Assembly: GCF_025526975.1 (NCBI RefSeq)
Contig: NW_026515675.1
Location: forward strand, 558,001-622,000
DNA: 64,000 nt
Direction of reading: 5' to 3'
Source of the DNA: Fimicolochytrium jonesii
Lineage: Eukaryota
This document shows, in pieces, positions 1-14,175 of this stretch. How positions within the stretch are numbered: the first letter of the stretch is position 1; every line of letters starts with the position of its first letter. The translations under genes and the position numbers were made by a program. The notes under the pieces are model-generated. The model was not told where the DNA came from, searched no databases, and worked only from the letters and a program-made list of their open reading frames with translations.

Positions 1-376
1 AGCAGAAAACCACGCGGAATTCCCGTGTTTCACGAGCTGTCATTGAGCCAATGGGAACATGTCTATAGATCATCAGAAGCTACGAAGGACTTGACTTCCG
101 CAGGAGCAGGTCAATTGTAATTGCAACGCATTAATAGTATTTATCTAGTCAGTGTGAGGCAGACAATGCCGGGGTCATTGATGGAGTGTGATGGTATGAT
201 ACAACGTGAAGGAGGCCAATGATAGAACATCAGCCGTGCGTCTATCGCCAGGATCTATGCAAGTGATGTTATGACGGGTGGCGTTACGTTGGAAATCCGA
301 TGAAGGGCTTTCACTGGTGAGCTGTAGGCTCCTTCGTTGCACCGGTCGGTTTGATTGATGATGACTCGCCTGTCGT

Positions 377-3037
377 TCAAGGCCCCGTCTTCTCAGACGT
401 CGCGGCCGGCTTGGGAGCAGGAATGGCAATCGAAGGCTTCGGGGTATCCTCATCTTCAACCTTCGTGGCCTCATGCATCGCAGCCAACTCATCCACCGCA
501 ACATTGTGCTGAATCTCCCTAATCTGCTCTACAGCCTCTTCCGCAACCTTCTTCCCACGGGCGGCAACCCGCTTAATAGCGCCTGCCGTCTCCCCGTGCC
601 CTTCCTTCTCGGCTTCCTCAGCCAAGAACAAAATTTCGCTCATGGCCACAACCCCATCGCCGTCCGCGTCAAGCTTCATGACGATCCGCTTGATCCTCTC
701 GTCATCAGGGTGGTCGCGAATGAGTTGGATCGCCTGTTCCAGTTCCGCGATGGTGATTTTACCCTGGGAGTCGGGTCGGACGAGGTTGAGATTCGATCCG
801 TGTTCCAAGTCGTATTTGGCACAATCGGCTTCGAGCCTGGAGACCATTTTGTCGATACGGTCCCCGATCTCGTTAGTTGATTTGGCGGTTTCTTTTTGCG
901 TCACCTGTTTTAGCTCCTCAACGTCCTTTAAGGGTTGCGTTAGATGCTTTCATCATGCGACCAGAAACCAAGCGCCCATCCCGGGATTTCCTACCTCTTT
1001 GTACTCCCTACGCTCTTCCTTCAATTGTGCAAGGGGAGCTCTGATGTCATCCACGGCGGACGGATTGGTGATAACTTTCAGTACTTGACTCAACCGTGTC
1101 AGTTCCTCGTCAGTCATATGAAGAGCGTCCTCCTCCTCAATGATGGTCTACAGAGAGTCCAAGTTTGTCAATGAAGAGCATAAAGCAGACAAGAATTTGC
1201 TGTATCACCAACCTGTGCCTGATGTTCCGTTTGTCTTGTGCGAACTTGCTCGACCAAAGGCAACTGCTCAGCAGCCTCTTGTTCTTCCTTCGCGCGCTTC
1301 AGAGCCGCTTCTTCCTCCTCTTTGGCCTTCTTGGCCTCAGCGATGGCCTGTGGAACAAGTGTGATATGTTTGTCAATAACGGTAACCCTCCAAACCGTCG
1401 AGTCACGTGGCAGTACTCACCGCTTCCTGCTCCAATTCGTCCTGTATCAGTTCTTCCTGTTCTTGCAACACGCTCAGCCTCTGCTTGTACGTGGCTGACC
1501 CTTCGGCCTCAGAAATATGCAACTGAGCCTCGTTCACCACTTGATGCGGCAAAGACGACAACGTAGCCTGCAAAGCTTCCGCGTTGCCCTTCAACGCCGC
1601 ATCTTTATCGGTCGGAATGCGATCGCTCAGTTGGAAAGCGCGGCTGAGGATTAAGAGAGACGAGGAGATGTTGTGGTTGACGTGAAGGTCAAGCCATTGT
1701 TCTAGCTCTGCCCTCATGCGAGCAGGTGACACGCCCGTCGTCCTGATACCGCGAGAGATGCAGACTTGCTGCAGTTCAGGTAGCGACAACTTCTCTGCTC
1801 CGCCTTCTGCAATAATGACTCGGTCGTCCTGCTCCAGGTAGTTGAGTCGTCGCTGAATTTGGTGGCGAAGGAAGCTGTCTGTGCCGAATGCTTGAATGTT
1901 CATATACTTGGCCATGCTGACGAGTTGTGGCCGAGACAGATTGCTGAGGGTCAACTCGTCTGGGAACTTCTTCGCAATTCGTAAAATCTCCTCGGATGAA
2001 GCCGGTTGTGCGCTTGTTCGGCACTGCAGGCAGATATCAGGCGTGAGTTATCAGGACGCTTTTCGTAAGTTTAAGAACGAATCGCACCTTGTTGAAGAAC
2101 TCAGTGAACTCCTTTGCGGCGGCAGCAGCAGAACTACCAGAAACCGTAACATCCTCAACGGTGTCCTGCAAGAAGCGCGCCATCTCCAGTCTCATCTTTA
2201 AGATCTTCTTCTTTTTCTCTTCTTCTTGGAACTTGCTCTCGAATGTACTGGGCAGCATATTGGGGAATAGCTTCAGTAGAATTGGAAGAGCGAGTTCCAT
2301 GAAAGGGATCAGGAGAATGATGATGAAAGGCACCAGTCGTAATAAGTCACTGGTCGTGCGCTTCAACTGAGGCAGTATAAGAGTTACGACCCTGAGCTTC
2401 AAATGCATTGTAATCAATGGCAATGTGGAGAGTGACATACCTGTCTGTGCTCTCTCCGGGACAGTCCTTGCCCATTCAACAGCTTCACCAGCAGCCTACT
2501 GGAGATTTTGATCTCTGTCCCGAGAAGCTTGGTTCCATGCCAGTAATGGAGCAGCTCTTCTTTTATTCGCACAGATATTGACTTCTTGGGAGCAGATTGC
2601 ACAGGTACTGCGGCGCCTTCCGTGGTGGGCCCTAGAGCATTGGACGCAGCAGCGAGCTGCTCGCTCTTTGCTTCCCGAATGGCCTTTTCGACCGGAGTCT
2701 CCTGTTTATGGGCCTGACTCTGACCAACGGGAGCCACCGTTTCTGGCTCCCGCAACAATCTCAAGGAGGTCGGTATAGTAAAAAGACTGCTTATTTGCGA
2801 AGCTGAGCTCCGGTCCCCCCGCGGTATCGATTCGACTCGGACACTCGACGCAAACGTCCGAACTGAAGCTGGGCCCCTCGTTTGGTGCTGTGCATAGAAC
2901 GCAGCTTCCCGGGCGAATGGCGAGGTTCGACCTATGCTAACAGCGTTTGCTCGCAGCGCCCGTCCAACAGCGGTTGCCACATGGCGACTTATAGCCGCGT
3001 CGGGCCGGCTTGAGAGTCCCATACGATACGAAAACAT
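377..3037 (-). CDS. MDM38: LETM1/Mdm38-family mitochondrial inner-membrane protein with C-terminal EF-hand (multi-exon)
   Basis: ORF pieces give HYWHGTKLLGTEIKISSRLL, LKRTTSDLLRLVPFIIILLIPFMELALPILLKLFPNMLPSTF, LSRPQLVSMAKYM and EF-hand DADGDGVV. The N-terminus is an Arg/Ser-rich presequence. GT-AG introns separate the pieces. Confidence 0.95.
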
Positions 3038-4214
3038 GCTGAATTTCGTTCCAAAAACAGTGAGGCTTTCGCGGGAAGAATAATGAGTCTCCAGTACACT
3101 CCAGTACAGGGGCTCGTCAAGTACAAGCTTCGCGAAACTGCGGTCGCTATAGTCGCTTTACGACTCGGCCGAAACTCTCACGAAATCCTTCCGAGATCAC
3201 GACTGAAGGGTAGCACGTATTTCCAAGCTAGCCTGTCCAGGTCTACAACGAGCCCGTTATCCTAGGTTATAGAAGCAGCCGCTGAAGGGTCGTCGGCGGT
3301 GTCCTCTGCTGAATGAAGTGCAAAATGTCAAGCGAAGTGGAACGTGGCGAAAACCTCGAAAGCCCAAACCGGCGACCTGCAATACATCATAGTCGTTCCA
3401 GTCCGTGAAATTCCGACGACCTCAGAGTCGTGACTCAAGATTGAAGACTGTCGCGACGCGTTTGGATCAAGACGTCTCAATTCATTCAATGGCGTTGGCG
3501 CGCTGGAAACCTGAGGGCTTCTAAGTGAATGTGCTTAGGATAGGCGCAGCGAACAACTCGTAATGATTAGGCGGTGCGTCGATCCCGTGAGTCCAGACGC
3601 TGTCCAAACGCTAAGGCTGGCACAGTCCACTATTCACAAGGGTCACCACAAGCGCAACTTGACCCTTCTCAGAAGGGGGTCCCCAACACTCTAAAGGAAG
3701 GGTGCTTCCCGCCAGAGACGGAACTTGTTTGCTATACAAGGTTGCAGGTCAGCGTCGTCGTTATGTCTGTCCAGTATATCACGCATACTAACTGATATAT
3801 TTGCCTGCTTACTCCCCGTTTTCAGGCAGCTGTCACGGTTGTTTGGAGATCCACCTCGAGAGTCGAACCATCTACTGGAGAAGCTTCTCCAGGTCGTCGA
3901 CCAGGACTGGGAACTGCTGTAGGACGGGCAGATTTTGGAAGGAACGGTCATTACGGAGAAACCCACGTGGTGGGGGACCTCTGCGCGAATCTTGGTGATT
4001 TGCTTCATCCGAACTCTCAACTCCTGCGGGCTGGGAAGCAAAAGACGAAGCCAATCAGCCCACCGCAAGGAATCCGAATCAGCTCGTGGAATTGGCGAAA
4101 GCGGCGAACGGGGTTTGTGTCTCACTCAGTAGGCTGTGCGGACTTCTTCCACCGGGCTTAACAGATTTACCCCGTTTCTAGGCGTTTGTCGGTCAGGACT
4201 CTTCTGCGCAAGCG

Positions 4215-7200
4215 ATGATTAGCCATCTCGAAACTTCGCCAACCGAAGAGCATATTCAGAACTTCCCGCCTGACATAGTTTACGGCGGATATCAGCAGCA
4301 GCTCATAGCGCGGCCAACGGGGTTGCAGGGAAGGCCGGTTCTTATACAAATGAGCGACCCGAGGGATCTCAGGAACTCTAGGAGGGAACTTGGCCACTAT
4401 CAGATTGTGAACGGCGTACCTGTTCTTTCCTCGCAGGGACAGGGGCCGTGGGCGCAACAGGGCTTCTACATTCGACAGTCTCAAATGGCAAATAGCGCCG
4501 GCTCTTCTACCTCGAGGCAACAGCAACCTCAACAACAACAGTCTTCCGCGGCCGTCAATGCTGCTCACAGAGTACGGGCTCAAGAGAGAAGTTTCAGAAG
4601 TTCCCCAGCACTGCAGCCAATTATGACAGGAGGGGCAACGCAGCGGTCATATCTGGACTCGGACTCGGATGTGTCTATGCTGTCGTCGATGACCTACTCG
4701 ACCTCTGGTTCGTCGTCAGGCCGACAGTCGAGCGCTAGTTTACCACAGGAAATGACTGGCGTACAGGATTGGAGGACCGACCCATTCGCAATGTACGCAG
4801 CTCAGCAGCAGCAGAACCGAGGCATCCCATGGGAGCAGCAGCAGGAGGGCCATCCGGCGTATCTGTCGCCAATTGACGTCGAGATGATGCGTCCCTACAT
4901 GATGTCTTCTCTGAGACATCCACAAAATATGCTTCCAAATGGCACTATCATCATTCAGGAAAGCCCTGCGGTTGGTGGTCAGCAGGTGAGGCATATGCAC
5001 ACCATGAGTCAGATGATCACTCCCGTCGCCCCTCCAACAATAAAAGCTCTACGAAAGCCGCTGCGAGTCAATTCTGCACCTGCACCGGGACCCAAAACAA
5101 CATCCATGCAACCACGTAGGGAGATCATGCAGGGTCCGACTCCTATCGAAAAGCCACCAATTCCAAGTCGCACCGCTTCTGAGACAAAGTTATGGAGAGG
5201 AAACCTCTCGGCTCCTATAGAGGGTGTCATCGATTTGACCGCAGATCCCTCGCAGAGTTTCCCGGACGGTTCGGTGACAGGGGAGAAGGCGGAACGGCCA
5301 TTACCAGCACCGCCACGGCCAAGGTCAGCACCCGTTCTCCAGACTTCCATAGCAGCGGATCCCACCATAGGGGTATTGTCGAGCCCGTCTATCCCGGCAA
5401 GCACTTCCACGACCACAACGCAGAAGCGGTCCCACAAGAAAAAGGCGAAGCCGACGGCGTCAAAACTGGACGCCCAACAGGCCCAGAGGGTCAATGGGGT
5501 TTACATTCCAGCCGGACTGGTAAATCCATTTTCAAAGAAGCCTGCAGCAGGCGGAAAGGAGGAGGCGGATTTGGCTGAAGATGTCCTCAGCATCCGCGAC
5601 GTGATTGCCACCGTACAACCAGCGGAAAGTGAAAGCGAAAAATCGAAAAAGTATGTACAATTTCTGTTAAGGATACCTTACATAGACGTTTGAAGCTGAA
5701 CCTGATGGTCAAACCTGCAGGTCTCCCATGGAAATCAACAAGCCATCGAATACGGAAAATAATGCGAGCAAAAGTGTCCCAAATCCAAGAAGCGCAGCCC
5801 GAACTGCCGGGCCTTCTCTCGCCAAAAATGTAAAAGATACCCGTAGCACCTCCCCGGTGAGGCCTACCACGCGTTCCGGCATTCCTAAATTCCAAATCCA
5901 CGAGGAGATCGATGATGCCAAGGTATGTTTCATTCCACACCGGTTGCTGTCATTCTGGTAACAAACCTCTGCGCTTTGACTTGGTAGAGCATTCAAAATG
6001 ACGACCATTGCTCCGCGTGTTTGGGTCGTGGCCGCTTGCTTTGCTGCGATTCATGCCCGAGAGCTTTTCACTTTCAGTGTCTGGAGGAAGGTTTTGAGAC
6101 CATCACTGATGTTGAGGTGGATACTTGGGATTGCCGATCTTGTCGAGCGCGAAAGGTAGGTCGAACGAACCGCAGATTCCGAATCATGCAGGAGGTATCT
6201 GATTTCGGGATTCATCTGTGTACGAGCAGATTCAAGCTGCAAGCAGCAGGAAGGGCAAACGGAAGGCAGCATCCCCCGCCACACCCGGGCAAGCCGCATC
6301 CGGTCTGTTCGACAGGCTTTTGGTGAACTTGGAGAGCCTGAACCCACGAGTATTTGAGTTACCAGGCGAAATCGTCAACGCATTCGAAAATGTATATATG
6401 CACCCAGCAACCGGGGCGTATATCGATACCCGGGAGATCGAGATCACCAGACCGAAGAGTCACAAAGCGGGGGCACGAAAAGGGAGTTCGGCCGCCGTTC
6501 TGGAGGGCATAGACGTGGCGAAGCTGACGACCGATCCGTCCGCCGTAACATGCCACCAATGCGGCAACTCTGGGTATAAGTTACGTCCGACGGCGCTATT
6601 GGCCTCTTACAGTATACCACAGCCGGAGAATTCGGCGGGTCGACCCCAAGCACTGCGAACGGATCTGGTGAAGTGTGACTACTGCCCCCTTCATTGGCAT
6701 CTGGACTGCCTGACGCCGCCATTGACCTGCATACCACCCGAACTGAAGGAAGAAGAAAAGGAGGTCGTCGATGCTGGGATGTGGCACGCGTTGCGACTGC
6801 GTACCTGGGGCGCGGATGACCGAGGGGAGCGAACGGATGCGAACGGTGAGGCAGAGACCGGGGTGGTCCATCTCCGACGGAAGTGGATGTGTCCGTGTCA
6901 TGCTGACTGGTCGATGCCGAAGCAACGCGTTTTTGCCCGACGACCCTGGGTGGAGATCAATGCTGAGAAGCCTGTCGACAAGGAGACGAACCCAATACCC
7001 TCGGAGCCAATTCTGTTTGTTAGCCAGAAAAGTGTTGGTCCAACAACGACTTCGAAAATGGATGCTGCTAGCAAGGATCTGAGGATCGATGCCACCCAAA
7101 GCAAACGGCGGCCCATCGACTCCGTCGAAGGCGGCACGCCCACCAGCGCCTCAAAGAAAGCACGCACGAGTGCTGGGGACGTACATGGTCGCAAGGAAGT

Positions 7201-8328
7201 CGTGCTCCCCAAGCCAAAATCTCCAACAGTTAGCGAGCCTCTCCCACCACCCATTCAGACCACCGAAAGCGCAAACAACGGCAACATCGAAGTCGTGAAC
7301 GACTCAGATACCACAACCTACTATTCAGCGAAATCCTCCGCCTCTAGAAAGCCTTCATTGAAGAAATCGCCGATGGAGGAGCTCGAGATTGGGGGGGTCA
7401 AGTACAAGCTCCCTGAGCGTCGCATCAAACTGGATTTCCTGGATCGAGTGCGGACCCTCGCTGAGCTGCGGGCGCTTGAGAAGGCGGAGACGGGTGGATC
7501 CAGCAGCAGCGATGGAAAGGACGCGGAGAAGGATCAGCGGGTCCCGTCGCAGTTTAGCCATGTTGGCGCGACATTCCGCAGCTGTGTCAACGAGCTGTAT
7601 GAGGCTGGGGAGCGCGGCGTTGATACGGGTTGCGGGCCGCTTCCTTATGCAGCTAGTGCGTTTGTGGATGGTGCTGCGCTGAGGCATGCTGGGAGTGTTA
7701 GGGCGACGGATAAAGAAGCGATTGAGGTATGTTCTTGGGTCTGATTCGCCATAAACTTTCAGATTGGTTCTGCGCACCTCATCGATTGACTTTTTCTGGC
7801 TTCGTACAGTGGCTGGAATCCGTAACCAAAATGCAATCCGAGTTGGCCTACCTTCTGCAAATGCGCATGGCAGCCAATGCCTATATACAATCTGGTCTTC
7901 CCGGCACTGCTGGGCCTTCCACGAACGCAACCAGCAACGACGAAAGGCCGGCGTCAGTCCCACAACCGGGCGGACAACAGAAAGATCCTGCTCCCGATGT
8001 CCCTCCCGCGGTAAAGGTGGCAGCGGTCAGCAAAACCGATACCCCTCCCATCGTAGCGGTGCCCGATGATATTGAGATTGCCGATACCGACTCCACGATA
8101 CCCCCTCGCATCACCAAGACCGCCGCACCGCAACAAACCGAACCGTCTGAAAGCAAAGATGACGTAGTCGTCCTCGACAAGCGAGACCCAGAATGGCTTG
8201 CGTTCTGCGCTTGGAAGGCACGGCAAAACACAACCGTGGCGGCAACGTCATCACCGCAACACGTTCACCAGAACGAAGAGTCGGCGGAAACACAGTTTGG
8301 AGTTACCTTACCGATACATGGAGCATAG
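4215..8328 (+). CDS. RCO1: Double PHD-finger protein, Rco1/Cph1/PHF12-like (Rpd3S/Sin3 HDAC complex subunit), multi-exon
   Basis: PHD1 is NDDHCSACLGRGRLLCCDSCPRAFHFQCL...WDCRSC, followed by NPRVFELP. PHD2 is CHQC...CDYCPLHWHLDCLTPPL...KWMCPCH, followed by NNGNIEV...YKLPERRIKLDFL. The start codon is uncertain; possible 5' UTR introns lie at about 3.75-4.18 kb. Confidence 0.75.
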
Positions 8329-8834
8329 CGAGCGTTGATTGGGAGAGCTCATGGAATGCAAGGGCGCAGATGACAGGAGATTTTGGCCTTTTGCCTCGGA
8401 GGACGGGGATGCGGGAGTGGTCCTATATATGCCTTTAATGTTGGACAATTATGCTATCGTGCGGGCGCGCTTGGTATCTGGGGAGGAGGGTATTTTGTCG
8501 CGCGGTGCTAGCTTGTTTGTATATTGGGCGCTTACTCTTTATTTTTTGAAATATGAGGTTGCCTTTTTGGCTTGAATCATGTTGCATTGCGTCTTCCGTT
8601 GGCGGACTGCTTTCTCTCGGCTACCATTGATAAATCAACTCGTGCCCACCTTGAATCTGCCCCCAGGAGAGCCAATGCTGTGGCTCCCAAGACCTTCTAC
8701 CTCTACATGCTGCTAATGCTACGACGCTCGCAACGGTACTCCGCCGCTGCTATCATCCGCTCCCCACTCCTAGGGGCCGCATACCTCCTACCAGCCGTCG
8801 ATCCAGGCCGATCAAACCCCAGAAGCCTTCCAAT

Positions 8835-10059
8835 CTATCTCTTCTTCGCCGCCTTCACCCCCCGCTTCGGGCACAACTCCTTCACGGGGCACGCCTCACA
8901 CGCGGGATTGACAGCCTTGCACAACACCTGCCCAAACCCGACCATCAGCGGGTTGATCGGCCCCCACAGCTCCTCCGGCACCTCCATCTGCAACCGTTTT
9001 CGCGTCTCTTCGGGCGTTTTGGTGGTTACCCAGCCGAGCCGGTTGGAGATGCGGTGCAGGTGTGTATCGACTCCTATGGCGACGTGTCTGTGTTTGCCCG
9101 AGGGCGGGAGGTGTGAGATTGGGACCATATGTGGACTACCAGGACCGACTTTCTTGGACCAGGTGGGGAGAACGACTTACGTACTTATGCCATGCCGCAG
9201 ACATCGTCAACGCAGCGATCTTTGGACCGACGCCTGGCAATAATAACAGCTCCTCGAAAGTGGTTGGAATGTCCCCGTGGTATTGTGTGCTGCATATTTG
9301 ACTTGTTCCTATCAAAGCCCTGCCATTGTCCATCGAAGGGCACGTCAGCCGTCTGAGCGTTTGAGGAGCACTCTGGGCATCCAAATGCCATACTCCATGT
9401 CGCTCAAAATGGTTTTCGTCTAGCCGAACGCAGCAGCCCTTACTTTGTCTTCTGATTCTGCATTCCTATCCATTTGAGGTGATCCCTGATGACCTCGGGT
9501 TTGGTTTCCAATATGGCATCGGGTGTAATGCCCATGGGAAACGCTTCTTGCAGCTTGCGGACCGCGGGCTCAAGTTTCAGGTCGGGCGTTTGCGCGGACA
9601 GGATAAGGGCGACCAGCACTTCGAACCTATAGACCTGGTACGAGAAGCAATCGTTCACATAGGGGGTCTGAGGGAGGAGTTCCCAGACAATATCGGACGG
9701 ACCTTATTCCCGAGATCCTTCCTTCCCAATTGTGCACATCCGCACCAGTCGACCGGCGCCGTTACGCTCTTCCGAAAGACCTCGATCACGTCGTACACTG
9801 CTTGACCCTTCCACGCGGTGCTGGGGACACTCGGAGCTTCAATATCCTCAAGCTTGGCATGTGCAACGCTCTCCAATTTCGCATCCTCAAGCTTCACGAT
9901 TGCTGCACCTTCCAGCTTCACTGTCGGCGCATCCTCGAGCTTGACACTTGCTACATTCTCCTGCTTTACTGTGTCCAGGAGCTTTGACATGCTCCTGAGT
10001 GGTGGCGACGTGAAAGCACTGCGGCACGCACGAATTGCGCTGGCGGGGGAATTCAGCAT
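8835..10059 (-). CDS. NTH1: Endonuclease III-like DNA glycosylase/AP lyase (multi-exon)
   Basis: [14 protein letters not shown], HhH motif [25 protein letters not shown] and 4Fe-4S motif [17 protein letters not shown]. The start is either 10059 ([14 protein letters not shown]) or 9990 (MSKLL). Confidence 0.92.
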
Positions 10060-10972
10060 GCCCCAGCGTCGAGAACTTCCAACTTTCCGTCGCGGAAGAC
10101 ACGCTCGCGTTTCGCAATTCATCGGCACTCCGCGCAGCACTCCGCCTATGGCCCACAGGTCCGCTAGCAATTACTATGGACCTGTAGTCCGTATCTGGGA
10201 ACACAGCAGGTCCTGTTGCTTTCTGGTCCGAGAAGTTAGTCCGAGAAGTCCGAGAAGTCCGAGAAGGAGGAAGACATGCTGATTTTTGCAAATGCTAAGT
10301 TTAAACGAAGCCACTTGGTGAAAATCTCGATGTGCCCATCCTGCAGGGTTACATCAATAGTGCATTCTTTGACGCACGCAAGCTCAAATGGAATCGATGT
10401 ATAGGCGCGGTGAGGCGGTGTGGTCATTACGGGACTGTGCTCGAAGGGAAGCTGTCGAAGGCCAACAGCAACAGTCCCGCAATCCTCTTTTGGTCGCAGT
10501 GTCATGTCAAACATGGGCTGGTTTCCACAGACCTCAGGGGAGTTTGCATCACGCCGACGTTTGGCCCGCTGCATCAGGCCAATGGCTGCATCCTCGACCG
10601 CAGAAAGAGAGGAGCGGAGAATTTTACAATTCAGGATGCTACTAGTATGGCAGCCTCGCCGCTTGGCACCGTGCGGCGTGAGGACAGGCTCCGACAGAGA
10701 ATGTGGAATTGCGAGCGCAGCCGCAGCCGCAGCAGACCCGGAATTTTGCAAAGGTAGCTACATGATACATCCCAGCCTGCACGTATAATCACAGTCTGAG
10801 AGCATGTGTGCATACCTCAAGACCAGTGAAAAGGCAAGAGGTTGAAAGACATGGCAAAGATCGAATGACGAACGGGACCCTTTCAATAGATACGTAGTAG
10901 CCGTCGCATTTGAGAGGGCGCTGGATATCCTTTCTCTTTGGAGGCATATTTGGCACCGATGTACAGTATGTA

Positions 10973-11289
10973 CAGTATGGGTCTATATGTCTGCGACCTC
11001 ACGTGACTAAGTCAGTGTCTATCGCGAGCTGCCATTGAATTGACAGCGTCGACCACGGCATCAGTCTCCTAATACTTTGTGCTTCCCCCGTTGGCAGCTA
11101 TCACCATTCTCCTCGGCATGTGCCAAGGCCGAGGTCAAGACGTCGGGGTCAATCTCGCAATGGCGAGTATCTCTTGTCTGCTTGCTTGGTAGTCGCCGGC
11201 AGAATCGCCTGGTAGTCGCCGGTCGCGTCCCGGGGGGGGGGGGCCGGCCTGGAAGTCACGTGAGGTCGCAGACATATAGACACATACTG
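10973..11289. mobile_element. 317-bp non-autonomous Tc1/mariner-type MITE
   Basis: 36-bp terminal inverted repeats CAGTATG(G/T)GTCTATATGTCTGCGACCTCACGTGACT at 10973-11008 and 11254-11289, with 1 mismatch. TA flanks both sides (10971-72, 11290-91). No transposase. Confidence 0.85.
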
Positions 11290-11876
11290 TATGTTGATAG
11301 ATTTGATCTGAGAGCAGGGAGGCTCACTGACGGAAGATTCCCTATATCTAACGGCGCATACGTCGTGTGATTTGATTAGCCACACGAAACCCCTACTTGT
11401 AGCGAGATAAGTCCCCCTTACTGAGGCTGAGAAAGCAGACTCGCTGCAAGAGGCAGGTCGTTGGCTAATGTGGATCCTTAAGTTATTGTCCACGGGAGAA
11501 GCTAGTTCCCATCAACGCGCGGACATAAATGGAAATATTTAATTCGGAAATGCGAACGCAATAAGGGCAATAAGGCCAATAAGGCGCACGACGGCGAGGC
11601 AGAACACTAGGCACAAGCGAGAGAGAAGCCGCCCGCATTCGCAACCTCACACAATCTCCCTACTGCCACGACGTTATTCAGGGGATAGCACCGCCCCGTA
11701 GAACGCAGGGGATATCTCCTACAACCGTCAACGAAGCGTCCCATTGTGGGGACAACCCCTCCCAAGCCGCTAGCCTCGCCCGTGCTGTACGGACGGCACG
11801 CCCCCTCTCGGACCTTCGGGCATAGCGCAGCAAACGGAAAAAGTTTTCGATATCTGCGGGCCCATCGACCCTTGGA

Positions 11877-14175
11877 ATGTCCTCGCTGCAGATGAACACC
11901 TCACACGGCGGCATGGACCCTTCCTCGCATAACGGGCAGTACGGCGGCGGCGGCGGCGGGCCTGCAGAACACCAGCCACGCGGCATGGCCGGCGATTCGG
12001 CAGGAAGCCACGTTCAGCACGTCCATCATGTTCAGCAGCCGCAGCACCATAACTCAATGCATCCCCCACACCCTCACTACCCTCAATATCAACAGCACCC
12101 CCAGCATACTCAAACCCACCAGCATCCCCAAACCCACCAGCACCCGCAAACCCACCCACACCCTCAAACACACCAGTTCCACCAATCCCAGCCTCAACCT
12201 CACACCCAGCATTACCCTCAGCCACAAAACCCTCACCCACAAAACACTAAACTCCAACACGTGAACCACAACCACCCACAACCGACCATCGCTATGCACC
12301 CACTTCCTGCCGTACCACCACCGCCACCACCCAAAACAACCACAAAGGGCACTGCACCCGATCTACTGAATCCCAATGTGGCTTCCGAGAAGAACGCTGA
12401 CGGTTTATTCGAGTGTACTTATGCAAACTGCAAAAAGGCTTTTGCGAGGAGGTTCAACTTGTCCACTCACTACGCAACGCACTTTGGAATAAGGGAATGG
12501 GAGTGTGAAGTTTGTGAGAGGAAGGTAAAAGCATCGAAGGAAGTGAGATAAAATGGTCGTTAGCGTGTCCGAACGAAGGGAGGATATGGCGAGCCTGCTG
12601 GCGAAGTGAGAGTGCGTCGGTAGTAGAAACTGCGCCGCCCAACATCTTCGTCGACGGCGGAGTGAGCGGGATTGCCAATTTCATGCATGGCTTCATACAT
12701 AGCCCTCAATTGTGTTGTTGATTGTTTGCTTCCCGTACTAACATCCTCTCATATAGTTCACCAGGCGGTATGATTTGACTCGGCACCAGGGAATTCGTCA
12801 CTCTGGCGGATCAACGGGACCCAGTTGCAAGAGCAAGCCATCGAAAGGCAAACGTAAAGCATCCTCTGCCGGCAGTGTGGAATCGGAGACCAGCCCGCAC
12901 CCAGCAGGGACCTCCGCTCCAGCTTCCAAACCCGCTGATGCAATCAGCACAATAACACCGTCGAACACACCGGGCGCCACTCCGACAGGCTCGGCATCGG
13001 GAACACCCGTGTACGATTCGCAAAGTGACCCAAACCATCCTCCTCGTGTGGCTGCGCGACTATTGGTAGGGGTGCCGTCGCCGGCGACGACCCCAACCAG
13101 TCCAGCCTCTTCTTACGGGGACATTCGCACGAAGAACGAGATGCAGCAGATTGTGAGAGGTCCCGTAGGGCTCCGCATGGACGTAACATCTGCATTTGTC
13201 GACTCGAACGAGGCGAGGAGACCGAATAACCAAGTTCAGCCAACACATTATACAACTGACTCACCACAACGAGCGTCCATCAATTCCATGCTCGGCGCAA
13301 GCATGCCAAACATACCCCAACAGCAGACTAAGTGGATCATGCCCGCAGCCGGCAATACCTATCCTGCCGCTGCCGTTCATCCTCAGCCCCAGTTCAATGC
13401 TGTCGCTGCTGAAAACCTTCCACCGTCCCACCATCGTTCTTCTCCCGCATACCCAGGGTACGTCAACCATCTTTTACAACACGAAAGTGGCGACAGTTCC
13501 CAATTTCTCATGGAAAATCGACCACAAAAGGGCAGGCTGTCCGACCGCATCCAACTACCCATCCCATCCATCCATATCGGCGATAACAGACCACCAGCGA
13601 CCATGGATGAACTGACACCTTCCTCTACAAAGCGGCGACGACGATTTCCCGCCCAGGAAGCCACTCCGCCGCCATCCGCTTCCTCCTCGTCACTGGCTTC
13701 CGCGCGACCACCCATATCCATGTCGGCCTCGTCGAGCATCAACTCATTGATCGACTGGCCGGTGCTTACCCCGACGTCCGCGCTGAGCCATGCCCCGTTC
13801 CCATACAGCAATGTCAACGGCGCGCTGCAGCACCTTACGCGAACCGTGCACCACCCCGTGGCGCGGCCAGAGTACGATATGACGACAGCCATGCAAGAGC
13901 GATACAATAAAGCGGTGAACCATCCCGCGGGCCCCACTCAAGCGTACAACGAAGCGGTGGCGCAACAACAACAACAACAGCAACAACAACAACAGCAGCA
14001 TGATCAACAAAACCAACAACAACAACAACATCAACTACAACAGCAAGCAGCAGCCCCTCTCCCGCCGCGGGTCGTCGAGAACGAGGAAGAAAGGCGCGCT
14101 ATCGCTGTTGCTATGCTGCTGGAGATTCCGGGCACGTCGCATCGGAGGGATGGGCAGCCGACGCAGCAACCATAG
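11877..14175 (+). CDS. C2H2 zinc-finger transcription factor (two fingers; His/Pro/Gln-rich N-terminus, polyQ C-terminus)
   Basis: FECTYANCKKAFARRFNLSTHYATH, then CEVCERK|FTRRYDLTRHQGIRH joined in frame across intron 12525-12756. Confidence 0.9.

Noticed and set aside
1..120. Open + strand frame ending in TAA at 120
   Set aside because: It could be the tail of a gene outside the window, but 39 codons are too few to support a call.
10236..10850. Separate minus-strand gene upstream of NTH1
   Set aside because: A 171-aa ORF and some splice-like sites exist, but I found no convincing start or recognisable domain. It may be UTR or a weak orphan gene.
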